The notes under the pieces: generated by a model
The model's input: only the letters and a program-made list of their open reading frames with translations
What the model was told of the DNA's origin: nothing
Database searches by the model: none
In this document: piece after piece, positions 26,229-40,787 of the stretch
How positions within the stretch are numbered: position 1 is the first letter of the stretch
How the letters are laid out: each line of letters opens with the position of its first letter
DNA from: Paraspadella gotoi
Lineage: Eukaryota; Animalia; Chaetognatha
Length of the DNA stretch: 64,000 nt
Assembly (NCBI GenBank): GCA_051294375.1
Contig: CM119265.1
Span: 5,813,696-5,877,695 of the forward strand
Direction of reading: 5' to 3'
Program-made: the position numbers and the translations under genes

Positions 26229-26288
26229 GAAGAAGTCTAGTTCAAGCTTCAGCGTGCACAAGAATTCAATACTAACTCTCCTGAACTC
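18977..26288 (-). repeat. ~7.2-kb unit, copy 2 (inverted)
   Basis: Reverse complement of copy 1 after an ~80-nt loop; ends ...CTCCTGAACTC (reverse complement of 11806) at a 25-N gap; many extra single-base insertions toward 26 kb. Confidence 0.93.
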
Positions 26289-26313
26289 NNNNNNNNNNNN
26301 NNNNNNNNNNNNN

Positions 26314-26348
<35 letters not shown>

Positions 26349-27364
26349 AATTTCCCCTGCTTCTCCTTTTCTATACTTATTTCTTTTTCCCTCCCTCCAT
26401 GGATTTTTTTTTCGTTTCGTATGTGTATTTCTTTCTTTTTTTTCTCCTCCCTTTTATTATCTTTCATTGTTGCATACAGAAGTGGTTATTCTTACTTTTT
26501 TTTCTTACGATGTTTTTTCTCATTTTAAATTTTTGTTTCTTTTGTGTGTTTGTTTTGTTTGTCATATGTGCTCTCATTATTCTCCCTTTTGTCCGCTTAT
26601 AGTTTGATACGTGAGAAGACTGGTTTTTTTTCGCCATCACATTTTAAAAAAATGTTATATATTCCAAGTACTTTTGAGAAATTGACAGGGTTTCCTAGGT
26701 CCACTTCTGACATCTATTTTTTAGCGATAGAACAACAAAAACTCTAATTTCCATCGCATAAAATCGGGAAGTCATTTGAAAATATGATTTACAGTGTAAC
26801 AGTAGTATATCATAATAGTACGTGGTACAACAGGCGCTTTTAGTACCATTAATAATACCTTTTAATTCCTTTGTAACTATCAAAAAAAACATATATTATG
26901 ACATAATTTATGTAAATCTTTTTTTGTTTATTTTTCTTTTTAATCTCAAACGCCCTTCCTTCCTTTGATTCGACACCAATCCAGTCCTGACTGCTTCTCT
27001 TCCCCTTCATCTCCCTTCTCCCCTTTCCCCTTTTCCCCTCCAGTCCTCCGATAAATAGATTTCCCTGCGGGGTCAGGCCCAACGAACCCTTCCCGACCCA
27101 AACTTTAACTTACCCTCGATTCGGGGGGGAAGAAGGAGGAAGCCAAAAGAATTTCGCGAATAAAAAAGAAAATATTCGTCGAGACTGGATTTCTTCCAAA
27201 CACGAGGAAGAATCGTTTTATTGTCTCTCTCTCTCATCTCTCTCTCTCTCTCTCTCCTCTCTCTCTATCTCTACTCTCATACATCTCACTCTCTCACTCA
27301 TCTCTCCTCTCCTCTCGTCTCTCTCTCTCGCTCTCTCTCTCTCGCTCTCTCCTCTCTCTCTCTC

Positions 27365-27408
<44 letters not shown>

Positions 27409-29808
27409 TCTCTCTCTTGTCTTCTCTCTTCTCATCCCTCGCGCATATCCACTATTTCTCTCCATTCCTTTCGACTTTGCCTCATTTTGCTAACTGTTTC
27501 TTGCGAAAAGGCCGCTGCGAAATACAACGCCGCTGGAAAACGGAACGAGAAAGTGGGGGAGAGAGAGAGAAACAATTTTCTTCTTCTCTTTACTCTTTAC
27601 TCTCTCTCTCTCTCTCTTCCTGGGCCGGATACAATGACGTCATATCCGGGTGCTTGGACCGGCATCTAGCTACTGGGTAGACAGTAGACGCAAGGCTGTT
27701 GTTAAGCAAAGATTTTTGCTCGTATAAAATGTTATTTTCTCGTTGGTTTATCTCCGTATTATCTGTTGAAATTAAACATCTTCTTTCTTTTTTAAATATT
27801 TTTGCATAAACTGTAGTTATAAGAATCGACAACGAATTCTATCGTGGAGAATCAATATTTATGCACCCTCAATAAATCGAAATAATAATTTTAGTACAGC
27901 AGCCATATTTTTTTATTCTTAGTGAAACTAAAACTGCCAGTCGGGTCTCGGTATTAGCAAATTTCATTGCGTCCAAGGTCGATGGTGGAAGGCGTCAACA
28001 TTGGCCCCGATAGATGGCGTTTCTCAGCTCAGCCAAATGCCCTCAATGGCTTAGGATCTCCGCCCCATTCTCCCCCCCCCTAACGCTGGCAACGCAAAAT
28101 CTATACCTGAGGGCGGATATGAGGTCGCGCGACGGCGGAGGTGGGCGGAGGTGGGCGGAGCGGAGGTGGCGAGGGGTAGGGAGGTGGACCGGGGAAAAGC
28201 CCCCCGCCCTCTCAGCGGGATCCAAGGAAGGCGGGCCGCTCCGGATCGAAGACAGGTTGATTGGGGTGAGAGACCCGGGTCGACCAAGCAGATTGGCAAC
28301 AATGGCTTCTTGGTTCGGTTGTTATGGGAGGAAATTTGGTGAGGGGAGGGGAAGAGGGAGAGAGAGAGGTGGGGGAGAGTGTCTGTGGGTGAGAGAGGTA
28401 AGGAAAGAAAAAAAGAAAACGGGATCTTCTGCCGGTGAATCTTTTTTTTTTTTCCTCTCTCAAGTTTAGACGCTAATCCCGGGTTTAAAACTTCTTTGTT
28501 GTTTGACGGCTGGGGAGGTTTTCTGTCAAAGGGATTTTCAACGGATGTTTCGTGAAGATTTTCGGGAGGGAATAAATCTTGGATCAATGTTTGTCGGCGT
28601 CGATGGATACGAAGAAAAAATAATTATTTAAACATCAAACAAGAGGGAAATGTCTTTTTTTCAGAAAAAAAAGAACAGGTGCGTTATCTAACAGAGGGAC
28701 ATTCACAAATTAATCTGCTACAGTTATAGATTAAATGATTAAAGATCATAAAATAATTTCTGATTTTGTCTGGGATTTTTCCCCAGCATTGAATTCCATG
28801 TGTTTTCCTTTCGCATTTTATCCCATTATTATATTAATTGCATAAAAATGTAGAATTGGCTTTTTTTTTTTGTTTTTGGGACTGTGTCGGTGAACTGGGG
28901 ATTCCAGCGTGTGCTGGAGGCAATATAAAATACCTACATTCTCTTTCTGTAACTGTGACTGCTGCGCGATATTTCGATCTCAAATAAAACCCATCATTGA
29001 GAGACATTTATAAATCTAGGTAACATGTATAGAAAGAAATAAAGAAAAAGCAAAAGATATTAAGGTAATGGCAGCAGGGAACTGGAAAAGAGGGGGGGGA
29101 GAAGCTGCAGCAGCAAGAACGAGCGCCGACGAAGGAAGGCAAAGGAAATTGAGAGAAAAAAAAGAAGGTGAGGAAGAAACATTAAGCCCATTGGTGAAGG
29201 TGAGTGCGTAAGGCAAAAGAGCGGGGGACGGGAAGAGAAGAGAGGATGAGGACGAGAGAAGAGAGAGAGGAGTGAGAAGAGAAGAGAAGAGAGGAAGAGA
29301 GGAGGAGGAGAGGAGAGAGAAGAGAGAGTGAGGAGAGAGGAGGAAGAGAGAGACGGGAGAGAAGAGGAAGAGAGAGAGAGAGAGAGAGAGAAAGAAAGAG
29401 AAAGAGAGAGAGGAAAAAAACATTAAACGGAGTGAGAGGATATTAAGAAAAAGAAAACTTTTTTTCACCCCTCACAATCTCCTCTTCTCCTCTTCTCTCA
29501 CGCCTCTCATCCTTTTTCCTCTTCCTCTTCCTCCTCCTTTCAATAGAAAACGCGAGAGGAGGCGAGAGGAGGCCATCACGCCCGAGGGTCTGATGGTCCG
29601 AGTTGACTTTTTTTTTCTCTCTCTCTTCTTCCTTATTCTCTGGAATCAATTTAGTTCCATCACGAGGGATCAACTTATTCCACCGACCGATCGACCGTCG
29701 CTTCTTTCCTTTTCTTTCTTTTTTTTTAAAGAAATAAAAAAACCTTTGCTCTTCTATTTTTTTCCTTTTTCTTTAATTTTTTAATGTTTTTTTTTACTTT
29801 ACCTTTTT

Positions 29809-29847
<39 letters not shown>

Positions 29848-31439
29848 CTTTACTTCGCAACACCTTTTCCCTTATTTTTTTTCTCTTATTCCATTTTTCC
29901 TTTCCTTTTGTTTCATTTGCTCTTTTGTCTTTTCAATTTTCCGCTTCTTCAACACGAGGCTCGAATCTTCGTCTCATTTGTTTCTTTCCACGCGATGATT
30001 CGGAATACTTTTTCGACTCTTTTTTTTTCACTGTTGATTATGATAGACCATGTCAAGTTACGCAGTTTATATCCTGCTGTTTACATTATACCATGTTTTT
30101 TACCCTTCGTCTACTTCGCACTTCTACCCGCTAATTTTTACATTTCAAATTTTCTCTTCTTTTTAGTTGCGCCGCGAGTACTCGCGAAGCAACTCTCAAC
30201 TCTTCACATTTTTCGTCGATTTTATCGGTCTGTCCGTCCCATCGGTCTGTCCCCACTTTCGTTAAAAATGCTCATAACATAAGTTACAGTAATAATAACA
30301 AGTAAGAAAAGTTATTGTAACGTCAGGTAAAGTCATGTCATGCTAAACGTCATGTCACATCATTTCATGTCATGTCACGAAGAAATACACATTGTTAGGC
30401 AGTTCAACTGCGGCGGCACATATGGAATACCGTTCTTGTTTTTCAACGTTTTCTCTTTTCTTTTTCGCTTTCCCTTCCCAGATCTTCCGACCTCCGTTGT
30501 TCTTGCGAATATTTTATGTTACATTTTTTTTTTAGTTTTCTCTCGCAGTTTACAAATAAAAAAAATTAAGTTTTTTTTTCCTCTATATACAGTTACGAGG
30601 ACATTACGAACAAAAAAAAAAGAATTTTCTCTACGCAAAAAAAAAAAAATATCGAATAATTAACGATTCATTCCCCAGTCAACCCCACACGCCCCCCCCC
30701 CCAAACCGTTTGACTCACCGATCATTACCAAAACGATGAGTTTAACGACGACCTCCACCTCCCCAATTTACCATCTTCCGATATTCATTTTTCTTATCTA
30801 ACGTCTACCCGCAATATCGAATTGGGGAACCAAAACTAGAGATCCTTTAACGAAACCTAATTACTTCCGTTTTAAAAATCCTGCGTCCATAACATATCTC
30901 ACTCTTTTGTGTTCCCTCCCTCCTCCGCCCAAAAAAAAAATCTAAAAATAACTTCCCAATCGCAAACCAGAATTCCCGCCCCCCCCAATGTTCCTTTCGT
31001 TCCAAGTATTCAACCCACTGTGCCCGCTTTCCCCAGTGCCCCCGTTCCCTTTTCAAGCCCCACTTCCCCCCCCCAGGGACCCCTTCCCAATCGAGGCACT
31101 GGGCATTCACGGGGAAATTTCGCGCTCACCCATCTTTTCTTTTCAAACCGGTTTCCCTTTTTCTATTTTGCCGCAGTCAATAAAACCGCGAAACGTAAGC
31201 GACAACGGGACCGGATTCATTGGTGCAAACATGGAAAGGGAGGAGGAAGAAGAAGAAGAAGAAAGGGAGAAAAGGGAATATTTCGATCTTTTCTTTCTAC
31301 TCTCTCTCTTCTCCTGTCTCTCTCTCATCTCTCTCTGCTTTCAATTATTTACCGAGAGCAAAAAGGACATGAGCAAGAAATATTCTCCATTCCTTTGCCT
31401 TTTTTTATTCCTCTCAAGCTCTCTCTCTAAATCATCCTC

Positions 31440-31472
<33 letters not shown>

Positions 31473-31711
31473 TCTCGTCTCTCACTCTCTCTCTCTCTCT
31501 CGTCTCTCAAATAACTTTTCAACGCGCTCTTTTCAACTCTCTTCCAATACTGCCCTCAGTCGGACGTCGATGACTAGTCGTCGTCCGCGTCGTCGTCGTC
31601 CGTCGTCGTCGCGTCGTCGTCGTCGAGTCGTCGTCGTCGTCGTCGTCGTCGTCGTCCCGTTATTGATAATTGATATCGTCGTTTTGAATCGTCGTCATCG
31701 TCCCGTCGTCG
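26314..31711 (+). repeat. Unit copy 3 (forward, partial, from ~13.5-kb equivalent)
   Basis: Matches ~13500-18976; 30197-31730 appears identical to 17462-18995 (offset 12735, identical ORF track). Confidence 0.93.
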
Positions 31712-33683
31712 CCCCTCACCTCCGCCAACCTCATTTCCCGGTTCCACTCATGAAAAATTTTCTTTCTTCCGAACTGCGTGGAGATTGGAATCAACAATGA
31801 CGACGACGACGACGATGACGGACGAATCAAAACGACGATATCATTATCTAATGAACGGGGACACGCGACGACGACTCGTACGAGACCGACGACGACGGAA
31901 CGAAGACAACCGGAGACGCTAGTCCATCAGTCCGTTGAGGCGAGTATTGCGAGAGAGTATGAAAAGGCGCGTTGATAATTAGTTTACTAAGAGAGAAGAG
32001 AGTAGAGAGAATGAGAGAGAGAGAAGCAGAGAGAGAGAGAGAGAGAGCAGAGAGAGAGAGTAAGAGAGAGAGAGAGAAGCTTGAGAGAATAAAAAAAGGC
32101 AAAGGTATATGTGAGAAAATATTTTCTTTGCTCAATGTCCTTTATTTGCTCTGGGAAAATAATTGATAAGCAGAGAAGAAGAGAGAGAGGAGACAGAGAA
32201 GAGAGAGAGTAGAAAGAAAAAGATCGAAATTTATTTCCCTGTTTTCTCGCCTTCTTCTTCTTCTTCCTCCTCTCCTTTACATGTCTGCACCAATGATCCG
32301 GTCCCGTTGTCGTACGTCGGGTTTATTGACTGGGCAAATAGTAAACAAGGGAAACCTGGAATTTGAGATAAAGAAAAGATGTGAGCGCCGAATATTCCCC
32401 GTGAATGCCCAGGCTCGATGGGCAAGGAGGGTCCCTGGAGGGGATGAGGGCTACGAAAAAGGGAGAAACGGGGGGGTCATCTGGGAAGGGGGCACATCTG
32501 GTAGTAATACTTGAGACGAAAGGAACATTGGGGGGGTGGGGGAATTCTGGTTGCGATTGGAAAAAGTATTTTTAGATTTTTTATTTTTTGGGCGGGGGGG
32601 GAGGAAACAAAGAGTGAGATATGTTATGACGCAGGATTTTTAAACGAGTAATTAGGTTCGTTAAAAGGATCGTTTAGTTTGGTCCCCAATTCGATATTGC
32701 GGGTAGAACGTTAGATAAGAAAAATGAATATCGGAAGATGGGTAAATGTGGGGAGGTGCAGGTCGTCGTTATAAAACTCATAACGCAGTTGGGTATAATG
32801 ATCGTGATAGGCCAAAACGGTTTGGGGGGGGGGCGCTGTGGTTGACTGGGGAAATGAATCGCTTAACTATTATCGATATTATTTTTTTTTTTGGTAGAGA
32901 AAAATTCTTTTTTTTTGTTCGTATGTCGTTAACTTTATTCGAGTCATAGAGAGAAAAAAAAGACGTTTAATTTTTTTTTTATTATTGTTAAAACGGGAGA
33001 AAAACTAAAAAAAAATGTAAAAAATCTCGAAGAGAAACCAACGGAGTCGAGAGATTCTGTGAAGGAAAAGGCGAAAAAGGAAAACGAGAAAACGTGAAAA
33101 ACAAGAACGGTAATTCCCAATATGTTGCGCCGCAGTGCTGCCAACTAATGTGTATTTTCCGTGACATGACTAGTAAATGACGTGAACATGACGTTACATG
33201 ACATGACTACCTGACTACAATAACTTTCTCTACTGTTATTGTTACTGGTTACTTATTGTTATGAGCATTTTAAACGTAAGTGGGACAGACCGATCGGACG
33301 ACAGACGATAAGACCCGAAAAGTGACTTATAAGAGTTGCTTCGCGAGTACTCGCCGGCGCACTAAAAAGAAGAGAAAATTTGAAATGTAAAAATTAGCGG
33401 GTAGAAGTGCAAAGTAGACGAAAGGGTAAAAAACATGGTATAATGTAAACAGCAGGATATAAAACTGCGTAACTTGACATGGTCTATCATAATCAACAGT
33501 GAAAAAAAAAGAGTCGAAAAGTATTCGAATCATCGCGTGGAAAGAAACAAATGAGACGAAGATTCGAGCCTCGTGTTTGAAGAAGCGGAAAATTGAAAAA
33601 GACAAAAGAGCAAATGAAACAAAAGGAAAGGAAAAATGGAAATAAGAGAAAAAAAATAAGGGAAAAGGTGTTGCGAAGTAAAG

Positions 33684-33720
<37 letters not shown>

Positions 33721-34153
33721 AAAAAGGTAAAGTAAAAAAAACATTAAAATTAAAGAAAAGGAAAAAATAGAAGAGCAAAGGTTTTTTTATTTCTTTAAAA
33801 AAAAGAAAGAAAAGGAAAGAAGCGACGGTCGATCGGTCGGTGGATATAAGTTGATCCCTCGTGATGGAACTAAATTGATTCCAGAGAATAAGGAGAGAAG
33901 AGAGAGAGAAAAAAAAGTCAACTCGGGACCATCAGACCCTCGGGCGTGATGCCTCCTCTCGCCTCCTCTCGCGTTTTCTATTGAAGGAAGGAGGAAGAGG
34001 AAAGAGGAAAAAAGGATGAGAGGCGTGAAGAAAGAGGAAGAAGAGAGATTGGGAGGGTTGAAAAAAAGTTTTCTTTTTCTTAATATCTCTCACTCCGTTA
34101 ATGTTTTTTTTCCTCTCTCTCTTTCTCTTTCTTTCTCTCTCTCCTCTCTCCCG

Positions 34154-34213
<60 letters not shown>

Positions 34214-37200
34214 AGTCTCTCTCTCTCTCTCTCTTCTCTTCTCTCAAGTCCCCCGCCTCTTTTCCCTTACCACTCACCTTCACCAATGGGCTTAAATGTT
34301 TCTTCCTCACCTTCTTTTTTTTTCTCTCAAATTTCTCTTTGCCTTCCTTCGTCGGCGCTCGTTCTTGCTGCTGCAGCTTCTCCCCCCCTCTTTCCAGTTC
34401 CTGCTGCATTACGTTAAATATCTTTTGCTTTTTCTTTATTTTTTCTATACATGTTACTATTTTTATAAATGTCTCTCAATGATGGGTTTTATTTGAGATC
34501 GAAATATCGCGCAGCAGTCACAGTTACAGGAGAAATGTAGGTATTATTATTATGGCCTCCAGCACACGCTGGAATCCCCAGTTCACCGACACAGTCCCAA
34601 AACAAAAAAAAAAAGCCAATTCTACATTTTTATGCAATTAATATAATATGGGATAAAATGCGAAAAGGAAACACATGGAATTCAATGCTGGGGAAAATTC
34701 CAGACAAAATCAGAAATTATTTAATGATCTTTAATCATTTAATCTATAACTGTAGCAGATTAATTTGTGAATGTCCCTCTGTTAGATAACGCACCTGTTC
34801 TTTTTTTTCTGAAAAAAGACATTTCCCTCTTGTTTGATGTTAAATAATTATTTTTTCTTCGTATCCATCGACGCCGACAAACATTGATCGCAAAGATTTA
34901 TTCCCTCCCGAAAATCTTCACAAAGCATCCGTTGAAAATCCCTTTGACAGAAAACCTCCCCAGCCGTCAAACAACAAAGAAGTTTTAAACCCGGGATTAG
35001 CGTCTAAACTTGAGAGAGGAAAAAAAAAAAAGATTCACCGGCAGAAGATCCCGTTTTCTTTTTCTTTCCTTACCTCTCTCACCCACAGACACTCTCCCCC
35101 ACCTCTCTCTCTCCTCTTCCCTCCGCCTCACCAATTCCTCCCAAACGAACCGAACCAAAAGCCATTGTTGCCATCTGCTTGGTCGACCCGGGTTCTCACC
35201 CCAATCAACCTGTTTCGATCCGGAGCGGCCCGCCTTCCTTGGATCCGCTGAGAGGGCGGGGGGCTTTTCCCCGGTCCGCACTCCTACCCCTCGCCACCTC
35301 CGCTCCGCCCACCTCCGCCCACTCGCCGTCGCGCGACCTCATATCCGCCCTCAGGTATAGATTTTGCGTTGCCACGGTTAGGGGGGGAGAATGGGGCGGA
35401 GATCCTAAGCCATTGAGGGCATTTGCTGAGCTGAGAAACGCCATCTATCGGGCCAATGTTGACGCCTTCCCCATCGACCTTGGACGCAATGAAATTTGCT
35501 AATCCGAGACTAGCCGACTGCAGTTTTTAGTTTCACTAAGAATAAAAAATATGGCCTGCTGGCTACTAAAATTATTATTTCGATTATTGAGGGGTGCCAT
35601 AAATATTGATTCTCCACGGGATAAGAATTCGTTGTCATTCTTATAACTACAGTTTATGCAAAATATTGTAAAAAAAGAAAGAAGATGTCTTAATTCAACA
35701 GATAAATACGGAGAATAAATCGCAACGCAGAAATAACATTTTATACGAGCAAAAATCTTTGCCTTAACAACAGCCTTGCGTCTACTGTCCTACACTCAGT
35801 ACCTAGATGGCCAGGTCCAAAGCACCCGGATATGACGTCATTGTATCCCGGGCCCAGGAAGAGAGAGCAGAGAGAGAAAAGAGTAAAGAGAAGAGAAAAT
35901 TTGTTTCTCTCTCTCTCCCCACTTTCCTTCGTTTCCGTTTTCCAGCGGCGTTATTTTCCAGCGGCTTTTCCAGAAACCAGTTACAAAATGAGCAATCGAA
36001 AAGGAATGGGAGAATTGATATCGCGAGGGAGAGAAGAGAGAGAAAAGAGAGAAGAGGAGAGAGAGAGAGAGACGCAGAGAGGAGAAGAGCAGAGAGAGTG
36101 AGCAGGGCGAGAGAGAGAGAGAGAGGAGAGGGAGGGAAAGGGGGGGAGGGGTGGGGGGGCTGGGGGTGGGGGGGGGGGTGCGGGGGAGGCGCAAGCGGGG
36201 AGGGAGGGGGCGCCGCGGGGGGGAGAGAGAGAAGTAGAGAGGAGGAGAGAGGGAGAGAGAGAGAGAGAAGTGAGAGAGTGGAGCAGAGAGAGAGAAGGGA
36301 GAGAGAGAGAGAGAGAGAGAGAGGAACAATAAACGAATTCTCCTGCGTGTTTGAAGAAATCCAGTCCTCCGACGAATATTTTCTTTTTTATTCGCGAAAT
36401 TCTTTTGGCTCCTCCTTCTTCCCCGAATCGAGGGTAAGTTAAAAGTTTGGGTCCGGGAAAGGGTTCGTTGGCCTGACCCGCAGGGAAATCTATTTTATCG
36501 AAGGAACTGGAGGGGAAAAAGGGGAAAAAAGGGGAGAAGGGAGATGAAGGGGGAAGAGAAGCAGATCAGGACTGGATTGGTGTCGATCAAAAGGAAAGGC
36601 GTTTGAGAAAATTAAAAAGAAAAAATAACAAAAAAAGAATTTACATAAAATTATGTCATATATATGTTTTTTTTGATAATTACAAAAGGAATTAAAAGGT
36701 ATTATTAATGTACTAAAAGCCGCCTGTTGTACCACGTAACTATATGATATACTACTGTTACACTGTAAAATCATATTTTCAAATGACTTCCCCGATTTTA
36801 AAATGCGATGGAAAATTAGAGTTTTTTGTTGTTCTAGTCGCTAAAAAATAGATGTCAGAAGTGGAAACTAGGAAACCCTGTCAATTTCTCCAAAGTACTT
36901 GGAATATATAACATTTTTTTAAAAATGTGATGGCGAAAAAAAAACCAGTCTTCTCAACGTATCCAAACTATACAGCGGACAAAAGGAGAATAATGAAGCA
37001 CATATGACAAACAACAACACACAAAAGAAACAAAAAATATTAAAAATGAGAAAAAAACATCGTAGAAAAAAAAAATAAGAAATAACCACTTCTGTAATGC
37101 AACAATGAAAGATAATAAAAGGGAGGAGAAAAGAAGAATACTACATAGACGAAACCGTAAAAAAAAAATCCTGGAGGGAGGGAGAATAAGTATAGAAAGG

Positions 37201-37222
37201 AGAAGCAGGGGAAATTGTTCTC

Positions 37223-37261
<39 letters not shown>

Positions 37262-38852
37262 GTCTCTCTCTCTCATGTTTTTTTTTTTTAAAACGAGCGG
37301 CCTTCTTCGCCTCTCGGGATTGATTTTCCATTTCCTTTTTTCGGATGAGTGAGTTCTAGTTAGCGGGAGCGGAGTGAAGACGGGGCGAGATACTGGAGAG
37401 AGAGAGAGAGAGAGGGGAGGGGAGAGAGAGGGACGGGGAGAGGAAGAGGGGGGAGGAGAGGCTCTTAGTCGATCCGAATGTCGATCAATCCTGTTTAGAG
37501 TGATGTTTCAAACGAAGAAAAGGGAAAAAAATATTCAAAAACAAAAATAAAATAATACAAAAGTAAACAATAACAGATACATAAAATACACATAAATCGA
37601 AACGATCGCCTCGATGAAGGAAACGAGAGAGTGAGAGAGAGTGAAAAGCGTCGGTTCGTTCATCTTCATTTTCTTTATTTTTCGATTCATTTATAAAAGA
37701 GAAAAAATTACGTCGGTTCCTTATCTCCATTAGAGGCGTTTCTCAGGAAATGACGAAATTAGAAAAAGTAAAAACTCGTTTTTATGAAAATTCTTGGCAG
37801 AATTTGATAAGATTGTAAATGGCTTTTATTTTTTCCGGCTTTCTTTACTTTTTTTATCTACTGGTATAAAGACGTTAGTCTGTGGGCATACTGCAAATAG
37901 CTGAATTTAACCAAATTATATAAATTAGAAGCTATCTCTCTATTCTCTCTCATCTCTCTCTCATCATCTCTTCTCTCGTCTCTTCTCTCTCTCTTCTTTC
38001 TCTCTCTCTCTCTCTCTTTTTCCCTCCTTTTCTTCAATTCTTTGGGTCTCCTTCTATTTTCCGGCCATTAAAGTTTGACCTTCTGCCTCAACGGCGCCCC
38101 TAGCGTCTTTGAGTTGTTTTGGCATTTCTCTTAAATTCCATCCCCTTTAAAACGCACCTTTTTTCCCTCGGCGCCATGCGAAGGGGTGCGCCTCATCGAG
38201 TCGCAGCCACTGACCTGCTTTGTCGATCAGTAACGTTGCAAGTCCAATGCAGTTCATTTTTTTGGCCTACGAATATTTTGGTATTTCGATTGAATATAAA
38301 CTAGTAGTAGGTCGTTATAGTTAACTTAAGATGTAAGTTTAAGTTATAATCATTCTTAAAAGTACAATAATTGCAGGATATAATTTTGCACCCATGGGGA
38401 ATAGCTGACGCGAAGGGATCGATATCCATAATGTGGATTTATTATATATATATACGTGTAACATTACAATAATGTCGATATTGATAATCACGCTTTAAAG
38501 AGAATTAGGAATAAAAAAAGAAAAGAAATTGAATCGATTGGCGAGAACGAGATATTCCGACACCTGAGCGTCTCCAGGGAAGAAATAAAACCGACGCAAA
38601 AAAGATTTCAGTCTCAGTTGAATGGTCCGTTATATTTACATTAGTTAGGCTATATATGATTATGATTATTTTGCAATATCATAAATGTGGTCATATTGAA
38701 TCGATGTATTTTATTTATTTCTTTGGGGATATTTGCACGTAGTCAAAAAGAGAGAGGCAGAGAGAGAGAGAGAGAGAGAGAAGAGGAGAGAATTAGATAG
38801 AATCCTAGTTCAACTTCAGCTCACAGAATTCAATACTAACTCTCCTGAACTC
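31712..38852 (-). repeat. Unit copy 4 (inverted)
   Basis: Same fold-back junction as at 18976; ends at the same terminal base CTCCTGAACTC before a 25-N gap. Confidence 0.93.
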
Positions 38853-38877
38853 NNNNNNNNNNNNNNNNNNNNNNNNN

Positions 38878-39122
38878 CCCTTTTTCTATTTGCCAGTCAA
38901 TAAACCCGACGTACGACAACGGGACCGGATTCATTGGTGCAAACATGGAAGGGAGGAGGAGGAAGAAGAAGAAGAAGGGAGAAAAGGGAATAATTTCGAT
39001 CTTTTCTTTCTACTCTCTCTCTCTCTGTCTCTCTCTCTCTCTCTCTGCTTTCAATTATTTCCCAGAGCAAAAAGGACATGAGCAAGAAATATTCTCCATT
39101 CCTTTGCCTTTTTTTATTCTCT

Positions 39123-39157
<35 letters not shown>
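38878..39157 (+). repeat. Short sixth fragment of the unit (equivalent to ~18420-18720)
   Basis: CCCTTTTTCTATTTGCCAGTCAATAAACCCGAC...CTCAAGCTCTCTC matches the unit; probably an original short-read contig. Confidence 0.85.
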
Positions 39158-39158
<1 letters not shown>

Positions 39159-40748
39159 AGTTCAGGAGAGTTAGTATTGAATTCTGTGAGCTGAAGTTGA
39201 ACTAGGATTCTATCTAATTCTCTCCTCTTCTCTCTCTCTCTCTCTCTCTCTGCCTCTCTCTTTTTGACTACGTGCAAATATCCCCAAAGAAATAAATAAA
39301 ATACATCGATTCAATATGACCACATTTATGATATTGCAAAATAATCATAATCATATATAGCCTAACTAATGTAAATATAACGGACCATTCAACTGAGACT
39401 GAAATCTTTTTTGCGTCGGTTTTATTTCTTCCCTGGAGACGCTCAGGTGTCGGAATATCTCGTTCTCGCCAATCGATTCAATTTCTTTTCTTTTTTTATT
39501 CCTAATTCTCTTTAAAGCGTGATTATCAATATCGACATTATTGTAATGTTACACGTATATATATATAATAAATCCACATTATGGATATCGATCCCTTCGC
39601 GTCAGCTATTCCCCATGGGTGCAAAATTATATCCTGCAATTATTGTACTTTTAAGAATGATTATAACTTAAACTTACATCTTAAGTTAACTATAACGACC
39701 TACTACTAGTTTATATTCAATCGAAATACCAAAATATTCGTAGGCCAAAAAAATGAACTGCATTGGACTTGCAACGTTACTGATCGACAAAGCAGGTCAG
39801 TGGCTGCGACTCGATGAGGCGCACCCCTTCGCATGGCGCCGAGGGAAAAAAGGTGCGTTTTAAAGGGGATGGAATTTAAGAGAAATGCCAAAACAACTCA
39901 AAGACGCTAGGGGCGCCGTTGAGGCAGAAGGTCAAACTTTAATGGCCGGAAAATAGAAGGAGACCCAAAGAATTGAAGAAAAGGAGGGAAAAAGAGAGAG
40001 AGAGAGAGAGAAAGAAGAGAGAGAGAAGAGACGAGAGAAGAGATGATGAGAGAGAGATGAGAGAGAATAGAGAGATAGCTTCTAATTTATATAATTTGGT
40101 TAAATTCAGCTATTTGCAGTATGCCCACAGACTAACGTCTTTATACCAGTAGATAAAAAAAGTAAAGAAAGCCGGAAAAAATAAAAGCCATTTACAATCT
40201 TATCAAATTCTGCCAAGAATTTTCATAAAAACGAGTTTTTACTTTTTCTAATTTCGTCATTTCCTGAGAAACGCCTCTAATGGAGATAAGGAACCGACGT
40301 AATTTTTTCTCTTTTATAAATGAATCGAAAAATAAAGAAAATGAAGATGAACGAACCGACGCTTTTCACTCTCTCTCACTCTCTCGTTTCCTTCATCGAG
40401 GCGATCGTTTCGATTTATGTGTATTTTATGTATCTGTTATTGTTTACTTTTGTATTATTTTATTTTTGTTTTTGAATATTTTTTTCCCTTTTCTTCGTTT
40501 GAAACATCACTCTAAACAGGATTGATCGACATTCGGATCGACTAAGAGCCTCTCCTCCCCCCTCTTCCTCTCCCCGTCCCTCTCTCTCCCCTCCCCTCTC
40601 TCTCTCTCTCTCTCCAGTATCTCGCCCCGTCTTCACTCCGCTCCCGCTAACTAGAACTCACTCATCCGAAAAAAGGAAATGGAAAATCAATCCCGAGAGG
40701 CGAAGAAGGCCGCTCGTTTTAAAAAAAAAAAACATGAGAGAGAGAGAC

Positions 40749-40787
<39 letters not shown>

